64,000 bases of DNA from Sphagnum compactum (GCA_965153455.1 OZ234493.1:36074213-36138212); one strand, 5' to 3'. Shown: positions 13,885-27,466, numbered from the stretch's first letter. The notes: generated by a model not told the origin, from the letters alone. Translations and numbers: made by a program.

Positions 13885-14820
13885 CATGGCTAAAGAGGTC
13901 AACCATACAACTATAGTGTTTTTATTTAGTAAAAACCATATAATTTGTGACCATTGAAACATAACAACACCTACATGGCTACAAGCTGAGAAAAAAGACA
14001 AACAAAAGTGATATCATCTAGTTTTACACCTTTTTCATACATCCATTCAAAATGTTTAAGAGCTTCCTTACCATGCCAATGCATCACACATCCTCCAAAT
14101 ATGGTAGTCCAAGTTACCACATCTCAAGATGGCATCTTGTTGAACACATTTCAAGCATCTTCCATGTTCCCACACTTTGCATACATGTCAACCAAATTAC
14201 TCCCCACAAAGACATTTGACTCCAAACCACTTTGAATGATCAGTTCATGAGCCCACTTGCCCTTTTCAAATGCAACCATGTTGGCACACACATTCAACAC
14301 CCTCACAAAAGTAACAGAGTTTGGTTGCACATGTTCCTATTGCATCTATTCAAATAGTTCCAAGGCCTTTTGCCCTTGCCCACATTTCATATGTGCCAAT
14401 GTCACATCAATCCAAGTGACCACATTTCGAGATGCATCTTGTTGGACAATCTCTAAGCATCGTTTGTGTTCCCAGGCTTTGCATACATGTCAACCAAGCT
14501 ACTCCCCACAAAGACATCAAATTCACAACCTTTTTCAATGATCTTATCATGAACAATCCTACCCTCTTCAAGGGCAATTTCACTGGCACATGCATTCAAC
14601 ACCCCACAAAAGTAACAAAGTTTGACTACACACCTTCTTGTTGCATTTCTCGAAATAATTTGAGTGTCTTTTGCCCTTGGCTGCATTGCATATGTCCCAA
14701 TATCATGGTGGTCCAAGTAACCACATCTCGAGATGGTATCTTGTTGAACACTTTGCAAGCATCCTCAATGTTCCCGCATTTTGCATATATCTAAACCAAG
14801 CTATTCCTCACAAATATCAA
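13885..14820 (-). pseudogene. PLS-class PPR repeat array (inverted half of a PPR-DYW pseudogene)
   Basis: IYAKCGNIEDA, GVLNACASEIALEEGRIVH, DVFVGSSLVDMYAK, HGKEALKHFEWMYEKGVKLDDIT, SACSHVG, HYSCMVDL. Contains frameshifts and stops. Confidence 0.92.
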
Positions 14821-14822
14821 TA

Positions 14823-15172
14823 GTAGACCACCCTCATATGATTGAAATTCATGCAAATTGCAAAAATTGGCAAGGCTCATGTAGGATGTTAGGTTTGTGC
14901 CTTGTACCAATTTTGTTTTGTAGGATGTGGAAGAAGAAGAAAAGGTGTTCCATTTGTATCACCATAGCAAGAAATTGGCTATTGCATTTGGGCTCATCAA
15001 CATAGCTCCTAGTACTCCTCTTTGAATAATAAAAAGTCTGCAAGTTTGTGAAGATTGCCACACTTCCACACAATTCATTTCAAAAATAGTTGGGAAAACA
15101 ATTATGCTGAAAAATGCCAATCACTTTCATCACTTTGAAGATGATGTTTGTGCTTGCATGGACTATCGATGA
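14823..15172 (+). pseudogene. E+/DYW cytidine-deaminase domain of a PPR editing factor (degenerate)
   Basis: VDHPHMIEIHA...DVEEEEKVFHLYHHSKKLAIAFGLI...LQVCEDCHTSTQFISKIVG...NHFHHFEDDVCACMDYR*. HSE has become HSK and DYW has become DYR; internal stops present. Confidence 0.93.
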
Positions 15173-16779
15173 TGGCAATAGTCTGTCTTGTCAATCACTA
15201 TATCAAGTTTAGTTTGTTTGTAACATGTTTAGTATTGTAATAAAGTCATGTTCATTAGCATTATCAAATGTGGTACCAATTGAAAAGGTGGCCATGGAGC
15301 CTCCTTGGAATTTTGGTTTCATGTTTTTGCCATTTGTAACACTTAGGTCGGGTGTTTCTCTAATATTTTCATGTGTCTATGGGGTTATGTTGGAAACTAA
15401 GTGGATGTTGAAACTATGAAAATTGAAGACCAATTTTCTACACTTTTTGTTTTGAATTAAAACCATGGTTTCTTTACAAATTATGGGATTAGCTGATGGC
15501 TATTCAACTAGCAAATCAAGTGGGTAAAAAACAACCTTGACATAACGAGCACCTACACCTATAATTGGGTCCAATGGTAAAAACCCCAATTATTTTTGGT
15601 TGCATTATAAACATACTATGGGAATTGTAAATTAGGGTTTCACAATATAAATTTGACACTTTATGGGTTAAATATAAACATTGAGAGACTTCAATCGAAA
15701 AGGTGAAGGCACCAATGTAGGTGTTGGTTCACCTTGGTTGCTAAAAATCACATTATAGGACACCTATACAGTTGGCCATACACAAAAAAAAATGTTACAA
15801 TATATGGCCTACCTAGAAGGCAACATGGCTATGAAGGCAACTTTTTTCTCAAAGCATGGGACTTTTATGACTCAAAAAAGTCTTCAAATATTGTGTGTAA
15901 TGGTCACCAAACCCATAATATGGTGAATTTCACCAATAAAACTTGTGCCAATTAAAACCCAATTTTTATGTTTGAATGATGCAAATTATGAATTAGAATT
16001 AGATGGTGTCTAACGAATGTTATTAGGTAATAAATGTTAATGACCAAGAATTATTGTTGATATTGAACAATACATATTTAACAATGGAAGGTGCAAAATT
16101 TTGACTTGTATTAAAATCTTTGAATTCCAAGGAAGAGCATCAAACAAGGAACTCGTCCTATAATGCCTCCAACCTTTGTTGGAAGGTTCATTAAAAAAAT
16201 CATTAATATGATGAAACCACCTGATATGGTTAAGGCAATTTGAAACACGAGTGAATTGGGTTATAATATATCTAAAAAGATTCAATTATATCAAAGCATG
16301 AGACCACCTATATCACTATGTGCACAATTGCAACCAATGTTGAATAAACCAAATTGAAATGTGGTATTTCACTAAATTTTGAATACTCAATGTCTTATAT
16401 GCTTCAATAACTAAATGAGCAAATGATATGTTGAATATTTGAAATTCCTTTTTCCCAAATTCAACAAGCACCCAATCCAAATGGCAACAATAGTTTTGTC
16501 TAGTTCAAATATTTATTATGGACAACAAAACTAAGCTGAAGTTGAAACATATGCAAATCCATAGATATGTGAGGTAGCCATTCTCTTGTATGTACAACTA
16601 AGCTACAAATTGATGTAAGGTGTATGCAACCACCAAGAGAATGTGAAAGAAAAGAAAGTGAGTATCGCAACCACAAGGCAAAACATACCAAAGCATGGAA
16701 TTTTTAGTTGATTGAAACAAGACAACCATGGATATTTGAGAATATGATTTTTCTTCATATACTCATTCGAAGAGCAACC

Positions 16780-17877
16780 ATTTGGCAAGGGACATATTTT
16801 CATCAATGGCATTGACATCACATCAATTAGTTTGAACAATTTGTGCCCTAGATTCAGCATCATTCTACAAGAGCCCACCTTCTTTGATGGTACTAGAAAA
16901 TCTAACATTAACCCACTGGGGGAATACAATGATGCTACTATATGGGAGGTATTAGACATCTAGTTCATTTATGCTTATGTTGAAAACTAATAGTTATTTG
17001 CAACAAACTATGTGCATTTTATGTCCCATATCACATTTTGGGCATACACATCTATCATTAAGCCCATTGGAAACTCAACATTTTTTATTGTGATTGTTTC
17101 AATTCTATAATCAAATTGTTCAAGTTGAAAATTGAAGAATGATTTGTGCACATGCAAGCATTAGAAAAATGCTAACTTGCTAGAACCATAATTAGATTTT
17201 TTTTAAAAAAGTTTCATGCTCTAGGTATATATCGCATGACCTTTCAAGAGAAAATTAATGTTTGTCTTATGATTCAATAGACAAAGGGATGGTCAACATT
17301 CTTGCTTTGACCTTATCATAAGTTGTGTTGAGTGAATACTGGTAGACAATGGGGACAATTGGAGTAAGGACGAATAGTAGTTATTTTGCTTAAGCCATGT
17401 GCTTCAGAAAAAAAATTTGCATTTAAGCGCTTGATGAAGCAACAACATCAGTTGACACTCAAACTGATACGATATTGCAATGGACTATCAAAATGGAGTT
17501 CAACAATTGTGCAATCATAAAGCATTGCACACCAAATTTTCAGTGTGATGGATAGTGACAAAGTCCTAGTTTTTGATGTTGGTATGTTTTATGCCATGGA
17601 GATAGAAGGAAAAGTAAGAGGAGATGATATCATGAGCAAGAACAAGCACAAAAAGAAGAGAATAAAAAGTTATTATATGAACAATAAGCCAAAAGGCCCT
17701 ATGGGATGAAGGAACAAGTTGAGATTCAATATTTTGAATAGATATATGGAATTGTATTTTTAATGGTTTTAAACACTTGCTAATCTAGGCATATTGAAGG
17801 AGTTTGGCACACAAACAAGCCTACTTGAAAATTCATTGTCCCTATTTGCCCAACTCATTAAAGAGTATTGGAACTAA
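16780..17877 (+). pseudogene. ABCC (MRP) transporter NBD2/C-terminal fragment with introns retained
   Basis: GHIFINGIDITSISLNNLCPRFSIILQEPTFFDGT...PLGEYNDATIWE; ALEKC*L; VDNGDNWS; LDEATTSVDTQTD (Walker B); IAHQIFSVMDSDKVLVFDVG; SLFAQLIKEYWN*. Multiple lesions. Confidence 0.9.
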
Positions 17878-18249
17878 TCCAAAACAACATACCTGCTTTT
17901 ACTAAGAAGGTGTAATAATTCTACCATTCCATCCCTATAACTTGACTAGATCTTATTTAGTTAAGTTTATCTAGTTGTAGTTGATAATTGTGATGTGGTT
18001 GGCATGACACAATTACTCACATGTCAAATACAACTCATACAACAAGAAGCATTATACAAACAACATCCATGATTTATATCAAGGTTAATTCTTTGCTATC
18101 AATTTGTGGAAGTTTCACTCAAAATATTACAATGTTCATTACTCAAAACCTCAAGGACTATACTACAACCCCAGATTCAGAACTAGTATGGTTTGAGTAA
18201 GGTTTTGTTTATCTTTTCTTCATGTGGTTATTATAATCCCAATGAATAA

Positions 18250-18980
18250 CATAAGAAGAATGTGATATGCATTCCCAACAAGTCCCCTTATGAAATATGG
18301 TGAAAACCAATCTTTAATTACAAATATGCAACTGGAAAAATTTGGAAGTGTCAAGACAAAACACACAATACATTGGTGATCGTACTTGATTCACAACTTA
18401 AGAATAAGATCATATGATATTTTGTGGGCAATGAACTAGCCATTTAAATTTTGGTAGAATATGATATTAAGATTGTGTGCCCTCTTTTGTTATAAGCATA
18501 CTTATATTTGAACCTTGTTAAGGCACAAGTGGAGCCCATAACAAAAAAAGATGACAATGCATTCTTTGGGGATATTGTATCAAAGGCTAATGTAATCATA
18601 TCAACTTTGAAAAATGAATTACATTTATTTCAACAACTATTTGTGCATCTAATTGAAATTGAAAACCGTTTGCAATGGTGGGAAAAACACATAGTGTAAT
18701 TTCCACATGTTTTCGTCTTGGCTCATCAAGTGCTTGGTGTTGTGGGCTCACAAATTGACATATAATGAATTTTTAGTTTGCATATGTTATCACAAATTTT
18801 CAACAAATTAGGTGGGTGATCAAAAACTTGGATCACCTCAACCTAATAATCAAGAACTAGCCTAATGATGTTCGAATTGGGTGTCATGGAATCACCAATC
18901 CCAAGAATATCAATGGTTTTTTATGTGAGGCCATCATGATTGAAAAGAACAAGAAGCTAATGGAAGATACATAGCTTTTT
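18250..18980 (+). mobile_element. hAT transposase C-terminal dimerisation-domain remnant
   Basis: LKNELHLF...LQWWEKHIV*FPHVFVLAHQVLGVVGSQID**IFS...IIKN*PNDVRIGC; same motif set as at 54780-55040. Confidence 0.82.
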
Positions 18981-21893
18981 GAAGAATATGAGGCCACTTG
19001 ATTTTTGATAGGTTTTCATTTTGTTTTTGTTTTTGTTTTGAATTGGTGTGTGCAAATTTGGTGTATTTGAATAGATGGTACATGCATGTAGCTTGCCTTT
19101 ATTGTTTTCTTAAACTATTATTTGTGCTGGTTGCCTTGGGGTTGGAAATAGGTGGGTGAGAGGGCTCTACTATGTGTTGTGAATGAGGCTAAGAAAGGAA
19201 TTATAGATCGAAAGCTAAAAAATGTTGATGTGGGTGAAAATCCTTTAAGGTGTACCATATAGGACGAAAAGGGCCTAGTCCTTACTACAATCCTTTTTTA
19301 CCTTATAAATATTTTGATTCCCATAAAAAATAATGAGTCAAAACTTGTCAAAATTTCAGAAGGACTATATTTAAAACCATTACAATTATAGATTCCATCA
19401 TGATCATCCATAAATGTGTCTTTACATGGTAAAAAAGGACTAGGTAAAAAAGACAGAAAAGGGTGACATTGTGATAAGATTTTGGTACACCTTAAAGAAT
19501 TTGGACCCATGTATTTAATGCAACCTTTACCTCACTTTTGTGTTAAATAGTTATCATCTACAAAGGTAAGGGCTACAAGCTTTGACATGGAACATTGACA
19601 CATTTTACAATGTTTGTATATTGCTTTAATGCTACTCACTTAAGATAAAACTCTTATGGTAGAATTCTTTGTTTGACACTAATCTTAAAAGAATAATGTT
19701 GGACTAAAGATTTGTTGTGAAAGATTAAGTTGATGTGGATAAGGTGGAGTTAATTTTTCCAATATGACATCTAGGTCTTATATTGTCCATTTCTCCATCT
19801 TTTCCATTTGAAAAAGAATAAAATGAAGAAAAAAATTCTCCATCTTCGTTGTTCATTTTTTTGCATCCTTGAAACAAGGATGTTTGTGCTAAATTCATAG
19901 CCTTGTGCAATAAGGTAGTTAAACCTTAATTGGACATTGCCCTTTCTTGGACACCTAATTTTGTGCTTGTATGGTCATTCACTGAACCTTTCACGAGCAA
20001 TTAATTAAAGTAACCAAATAAGGGTAAATCATAGCCACATCTTGTTATGGTTGGGGCCTATTTAGTGAATTAATCAAGCTCATTAACAAAATATTAAATT
20101 TCAATGGAAGTTGTTTTCAAGCATATGGGTAGCATATTTGTGATGGATGTTTGGGATGGATCAAAGGCTATCAAATGTCTACAAAATGACACAATATCAA
20201 ATACCATGCATTTATCCCTTAGCCATGAACATACCACCAAAAAAATTGGTGGTGGTAAAAATTGAAATGAAATATGTGAGTTTCGATAAAATTCACATGC
20301 CAATTTAAAAATCAAATCTAACATATACTATGGAACTAAGTGATCTACTGCAAGTTACTACAAGGATGCGTAATATCATGGGTGAGAATATGAGAGAATC
20401 ATAGTTGTTTTGATTGTTGCCAAACACAAAATTAAAAGAAGGCGGCATTGATTAGAGTGATGAAGATAATGAAAGTGAAAAGGTATTGGGTTACAAAGAT
20501 GAATAGTTTGGGTGTGCTCCAGGTGAAGACTCAAGTTTTTTAATTATGCACAAAGGCATTTTAGCCCATTGGCGTATCCATTACTAGTGCCCCAAAGGTT
20601 TTATTTTCGTGAAGGGCTAAACCAACTACATCCAATGTAACTAGGTCACTAATGTGACATGACAATCTTCAAGCAAGTTCAATTTCCCTCAATTACAATT
20701 AATTGATATTATTCCAACACTAGAGGGTTGCTAACCATGGACATAACAAAAATGTTGGTTTAAAAGTTAGTTCGCCAAACACATAAGGATATGTGATGTT
20801 CTTTAACAAGCACCTGTGGATTAAAGGAAACATGTTCAACATGTGTTCAAAATGTTAAAGATCATACATGTTCATTATGCATGCAAAGGATGCATTTGAA
20901 GAAGAATGGCAACTAGGCTAACATAAGCTTGAATTTGGTAATGGAGGTCATTGAGTTGAACTCTAAAAACCAAATTGTTTTCCAAATGTTTGGTGTGCCT
21001 ATCACATCACTTAGGAATCACATGTACGAAATTATGTGTCACCGATGCCAACACTATGGAGTTCATTCATAACTTGTACCTAATTCCTAGTTTAATTTCA
21101 ATTTACTTTTAGTTAGCTTTTAGTTAGTTTCCACTTAATTCTTAATTCATTCCCAATTCATTTCCAATTAATTTTCAGTTAATTTTTAGTTTACTTCCAA
21201 TTAACTTTTAGTTAACTCATAATTAAATCTCAATTCATTTCTAATTCACTCCTAATTAATTCATAGTTCATTATTAGTTCCCACATGGATGGACATGGCC
21301 CACGTATAGGTTAAAAAATTTCTTGAAAAGCCCCTTGAGCTAGATCCCCAATGGGTATAGAAAGAGATAGAATCCCAGATTACCTTCAATTTGTTCAACA
21401 CTAATTCTGGGTATGTGTCTTTGTCATGATCTTGTTCTATTTTTGTCATGTTTTTATAATAAAATCCTTTTGCATTCATATCATGCACATATCGTGTTTT
21501 TGCTTTTGATTTTTTTATTCCATGACCTGGATTTTGAACTAAGCATGCCTTTGTTCATATGATTTGGAAATCTTGTTGTTTAATTTTTTTTGTGCCCATA
21601 ACACTATGTAATTAAAAAAAGGAAGCAAGGTGAAACTATTGTGCAGTTTGTGAAGATGATGCAAACAATTGGGCATCGAATTATGCTCAATTAACTATGG
21701 TTAAAGGTTGTTGAAGTTACACAAGAAAGGCAAACACCTTTCAAAAATGGGATTCTTGGGTGGGGGTGGTTTAGGTGGTTCAAAAATTGTAATTTTAATC
21801 TATCATTTTTAATTGCACATGGTCTGGAGGTTGTCTGTGTAAAAGGTTTATGCCTTGTAAATGTTGAGTTGTTCTACACAAACTTAGAACAAA

Positions 21894-22015
21894 CACTACT
21901 ACAAAAAGTGGGTGCAGTTCATTAATCCCTGTTCACTAAACTAGTCAATCCATTGTTTCTTCAATAATCCCCGTTCACTACAACCAGTGAATTCACTCAA
22001 AATCCAGTGAAATCA
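21894..22015. mobile_element. CACTA terminal fragment nested in the pogo transposase
   Basis: CACTACTACAAAAA start directly after the pogo FYTNLE segment; subterminal GTTCACTA/CAGTGAA repeats. Confidence 0.55.
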
Positions 22016-22829
22016 CTTGGCATGCAGGGACACCTTTTGTTGTAATGAAACATATGACCAACACAACTATGTGCCAACTCATATATGTGCCATTCTATTT
22101 GAGAAATGGATATCAGATTTCATAATTTCTAGTTGTTCAGTTTGCAAAAGAAATCTTTCTAAAACTAATTGCCATTTATTAATTTTAGATGGCCACAACT
22201 TTCATGTTACATAAGAGGTTGTGCACAAGGTAAGGAATGTGGGCTTGGATTTGATTACTTTACTATCTCACATGAGCCATGCCTTATAGTAGCTTAATGT
22301 TGCTTGTTTCAAACCTTTCAAAATTACCTTTAAGGCTTATAGGGATGTTTGGATTTTGGTTAACTAAAGTAAAGGGGTTGGAAAAAAAACCTAACTTAGT
22401 CATGGGTGTCTTTAATTCTTAAAAAGGCATTGACAAGATCAAACATATGAAAAAGTTTCAAGACTATTGGGATCTAGCTTTTAATTAATGGATAGCGTGT
22501 TACACCTAAACAAGAAAGCACCACTAATGTGGGTCAATGCAACAATCCAAGAAATTCCCAAAATGTGGGTTTCAACAATGATCCTACAAGCTTGCAAACC
22601 CAAGGGCATGAATTGCAAGAAAACACCATTGATGTGGGTTAGTGCAATGATCTAGAAAGTTCCCAAACAATGGGTCTTGGTAACGATCTTACAAGCTCAC
22701 AAACCTTGGGGCATGATATGATGTTTTTGATGTATTTTGGTCTGAACAACCTAGTTTTAATGGGTTTTGGTAATTACACAATGATGAGTCTTGGTAGTTA
22801 CACAACAATGGGTACGTTCTAACATTGGT

Positions 22830-23065
22830 TGCGCAACGATGGGTTCTAAATGTAATCACGTGACAATGACTATTGTAACGATGGGTTTTAGTAGTAATCA
22901 CATGGCAATGATCGTGGCATGATGGATTTTAGTAGCAATTCACATGCAATGATTGTTAGGGGGTTGGGTTTTAGTAGTAGTCGCATGGCAATGACTATTG
23001 CAACGATGGATTTAGTAATAGTCACCTTGCAATGACTGTTGTGACAATGGGTTTTAATAGTGACA
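22830..23065. repeat. About 42-bp minisatellite, 5-6 degenerate copies
   Basis: Unit approximates GCAACGATGGGTTTTAGTAGTAATCACATGGCAATGACTATT. Confidence 0.85.
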
Positions 23066-25235
23066 CAACAATGGGTCCCAGTAATGCCATGTGTCGTTTT
23101 TTGATTTTGCCTGAGCTTCTACTACAGTTACTCGTCAAATCATGGAGGAGCCACTCATAGATTATTCAAAATATATAATGATGACTTCTGATCATTACAT
23201 TCGTGTGCTTGAATAGAAACTAGCACATAAGCGAATAACAACTAGAGAGAGGGAACATTGAAAGGAGGAATTAGTTGTGTCAAAAGAATAAGAGTTGTGA
23301 AGAAAACAAAAAAAGAACTTACCAAACACTATAAATCAAATGAAAGGGCCCAGAAGAAAGCCTTTGATGAAGCAAAGTTTGTCAAGTGTTGTGCTGAGCA
23401 AGGTGAGGTGCTACGCATTGGGATCCACACTAATCTACCTCTACTTGCCAATGCCTATTGAACCCCATTATTTGGGATTATTCTTGGAGTTTACAAATAT
23501 AATATGATGCACAACAATTGTGAGACGAATGCACGATGATAAGGACAAGATGCTTCATGCATATATTTGATTGGATAAGCATGGGTGCATAGAAGCATTC
23601 CAAATTCAACACTTTGTGAAATAAACTACTTAAGCTTATAGGTTGTTGAAGCCGTTGAAAAAGTCCACATTGCTTGCAAAAAGCTAATAGACTAATGTCA
23701 CAATAATCTTGCTACTTAAAGTATTATAGGGTTAAATGCTAGTTAGATTACAATAGTTACCAATTATTTTAACATCGCAGCTTAACACATTTTGAACAAT
23801 GGGCAGCACGTTTTGTGCACTTTTAATCATTAGTTACACTTTGTCATATTTAGGACCACAATAATGTCACTTTCAACCAACCACATGTTTGATCCAAGTT
23901 TTGTTACCTTTTGTTTTGGAAGACATATGCTGCTACTTGAAGCTGTCAATAAATTTTGTTATGGGGGAAGGCAGTTTATAATAAGTATCCGTGCCATCGC
24001 TTATGAGCCTCCTATTTGCACAATTGACGAAAATGCGCATTCAAACTTTGAAAATGTGTAGATAATTCAGGGATAAACCAAAAATGAATATTCCACTTCT
24101 ATGTGAAAACACTTTTATTTGCTAATCAATTATTCTTTTTCATCAAAGGCCCACATGATTTCTATGCTTTTCATCTTAACTATCATGAATAGGCTTGACC
24201 TATGTATTAGAAGCTAGATTAATGACTCAATGTTATATCACTTTGAATACCATTTGCATTTTTCTTAATTTTGTCATCTAAAATGGTAACCCTAAAACCA
24301 TATCAGGAATTGGTTCCTAGTCAAATCCCTTAAAACCCTTATACCCAAGAACTGCCATGTTTGGGTACAGCAATACAAACCATGTCTGGAGGTTTTGGCA
24401 GATTTTGAATTTTATTTGGAACCTTACCCGGAGGTTTTACCAATTTAAAAAAAATACAAAACCTAGGACCAGAGGTTCTCTTCAAAACAGAGAACTGCAC
24501 AAAACTGGTCTAAATCTGTGTTGGGCAGGTAACAAGCTGAAACCCTGGTATATAGACTGATATTGGTCCTGACATCAAAGTACCAACTAGACTGGTGCGA
24601 CCTAGGGCAATATCAGCCTTGTACCAGTACCTGCCTGGTGGGGACGTTAGGTAACTCTGGAACAATAATCTCTTCCTATGAACAAATATATGATCCCCAT
24701 AAAAAGCAAAGATGCATAACATGGTTGCTCAAACACCATATTTGATGAAATGGGCAAGGAGAGAGAATTCCCAACTTAGATTCAATAAAGAGAAAGGGCT
24801 CAATCAGCTCCAGAAGAGCTACCTAATTTTGTGGCATACATAGTATTCTGCGAGGTGCTCAGGGTGGCTTAAAAAACAAATTCCTGGAATTCCAAACTCC
24901 TGAACTATTGCAGAGGAACTCAGCACAAAACTGCAGTGCAAACTTGAAGCCATGAGCATTGACTTGATTTGCCCCACCTGAGAGTGATGAAACACCAGAT
25001 GAGAGCTGTTCACAGAATCATTAGTAGCAATGTATATAAACAAAAGTGCCTGAGTAATGATGATGAGTGCATGAGGTGCATGAGAGAATTGCAGCTCATG
25101 ATATCCCTCCTAACCCATGCAGAAAGTAGTAAATCAGTCTTCTAAAAGTGCCACACTTGTTTGCTTTGCTGCAATATTAATGATGATGGTTCAAAATCCA
25201 TTTGTTCGGCAACAGTAATAAGTTTGAAGTACTAC

Positions 25236-26566
25236 TCAAGCTTCTTCATTGAACTTGTAAGCAACAAGAGCCTCCACTTGATGCACCTGCATTGCAAATT
25301 GCGAAATTTCCACATTAACAAACACTATACCCATTTGTGAAGAAGGTTTACATGGAAAACATACATACTCTTATCTGACTGTAACATGTGTGCCAAGCAT
25401 TCAGGATTTCAGGTTCCATATATCCTACAGAGGAAAACTGGCAGGTTGTCATTTGCGCAATCAGAAGAAGGAATCCTCTTGCATTGGACTCGGAAGAAGA
25501 AATCTTATAAAAGGCAGCTTTAATCAAAGTTGGAAATGGGACACTGCTTCGAGATGTGACAAGGTTTTTCCAGTACTACCAACCTTGAATAATTGACAAA
25601 CAGAAGAAGATGAGCCATAAGTACCTTAGTGTCAATTGACCTCAACTTGACAACTTGTGGGTTATGGATCAGTCGAGCATCACTATCCCCCCATGTCGGA
25701 GGCACTTTGGAGTCAGCAGAAGTGTATGCAAGGAGATCAAAAGTGCAAGGTTCTTCAAGATTTGGGAGAAATGTCACACTTGAAGCAATCTGCCGCATGA
25801 TGGCTTGAATATCATTCATGATTTCCTTGTCACTCTTCTCTTGAGTTACCCTGCAAGCAACAAGTTCAAGCATTCAATGCTGCTGCTATAATTCCTGGAG
25901 TATTCTTCAACATCCTTTTTCCAACCTGGGGGTTGAATCCCCTGCCCCGCCTGAAAACTTATAGCACCTCACAATCCATCCATCCTCGTACCACTGACAT
26001 GTGTGATAAATCTTGAAGCCTAGATAGAACAGCACTTACCCTTTATCAACAGCATCTGCATCTGTCTCAATGCTGAAGTTCCATCTCTCCAGAACTTCCT
26101 TTGTGGAAATACTTGCAATCACCATCACTGCTCTCTGCAAGTTTCCAGTCTCCAACCAATCTGTGCAGAAGAGTCCACTTCTTCACCTCAGTAACTTTCT
26201 GTTCCTGGTGGAGTTGAAGGAAATGCTCTTCAACTGGCCAAATGAGGAGGAGGAGGAGAAGATACAATCATAAATCCAAAGAAACAAGAGCTGGCAGAAA
26301 GAATCTATTATATGTGAGAGAGAAGATGATAACAGAATTTCATGCTGAAGAACAGAGGGACTAGGAATCCTCCTTACTCGACAGTTGGGCAGTGATTGTG
26401 TCAATGAAGTTTTTCACTTTCTCTTGCTGGCATATAAGTAATGTCATCCCATACTTCTTCACCCTTGTAAACTCCTCTGTCGGGTATATCCCACGCTGAA
26501 ACAAGATGCTACAAAAACAGAAAGAACAAAAAAACTCTTTCACACCCCTCTTTCCAAGGGCTTTTC

Positions 26567-26602
<36 letters not shown>

Positions 26603-27019
26603 CTCTCTCTGTCTCGAGAAAATCAATTGCATTCCGTTGATCTGTAGAGCTAGGAGGAGATCACCAAATCCTAGATGACTAAACCCTAAACCCTAAATTC
26701 CAACAAAGAGATTTGAAGCCTCACCTATTCACCGCATAGCCTGCACATGCAGCACCAACAGCTAACATCAGCGCTCTGCACCATGACAAAAACTTGACAA
26801 ATCTCGATCCGTGAATATACTTGAAACCCAACTTTCGCTGCAGCGGCAGCAGTAGCATCAGCAGCTAAGACTACTAAAAAACGCAGTAGCAGCAGCAGCT
26901 GCTGCAGAAGGTATGCAAGAAAAAGTGGAGGAAGGAGAGAGGTTCAGCGTAGTACAGAGGAATTCACTGACGATGGCAGCTGAACCCTTGAGCGTGATCA
27001 CATCCCGTGCTGTGCCCAT
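25236..27019 (-). CDS. MAD2: Mitotic spindle checkpoint protein MAD2 (HORMA), 202 aa; exons 27019-26956, 26740-26725, 26508-26378, 26160-26040, 25850-25625, 25286-25236
   Basis: MGTARDVITLKGSAAIVSEFLCYAVNSILFQRGIYP...KKYG...EVLERWNFSIETD...EKSDKEIMNDIQAIMRQIASSVTFLP...VKLRSIDTKVHQVEALVAYK. All introns are GT-AG; exons sum to 609 nt in frame. Confidence 0.97.
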
Positions 27020-27466
27020 CTTATAAGTTGCTGCTGCTCAAAGCTGTTGTTTGTTCTCCAAAGTTCTCTCCCCAGAAGCTCTAAAACAAAGATCCAGCAA
27101 AGAAGAAGACGAAGAGCAGATCACAAACGAAAGACAGAAAACAAACCACCAAAACGATATGATAACTACAACTAACAAACTTCACTCCCTGAAACTATTT
27201 GCTGCCTTTTGCTACAATGCTCCACACCTTTGCTCAATACCCAATATTTAGCAGCAGATTCTCTCCAAGTGCAGTCGAAGAAGAAGCAACAGAATTCCTT
27301 GCAAGAGTTATGGATCGCAGATGAAGAACAAACATCCAGCCAGCCAGCCAGCCAGGACGTGCGTGCGAGCGCGAGTGAGAGAGAAGACCCGAGGAAATAG
27401 CGGGCAACAAACGATCTCGTCTTTTCGAAGGCCACCCGGTGCACTGCCGGGTGTGTTGCAGGTAGT

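Larger units (their letters stand above)
20900..23460 (+). mobile_element. Degenerate pogo/Fot1-like (CENP-B HTH + DDE_1) transposase with nested insertions
   Basis: FGVPITSLRNHMY (HTH); IVQFVKMMQTIG...LKVVEVTQERQTPFKNGILGWGWFRWFK; LLILDGHNFHVT; LLSHMSHAL**LNVACFKPFK. Ends approximate. Confidence 0.85.

Noticed and set aside
22830..23065. Regular repeats resembling a CRISPR array (also 36871-37310)
   Set aside because: Degenerate tandem or subterminal repeats without unique equal-length spacers, no cas genes, eukaryotic context.
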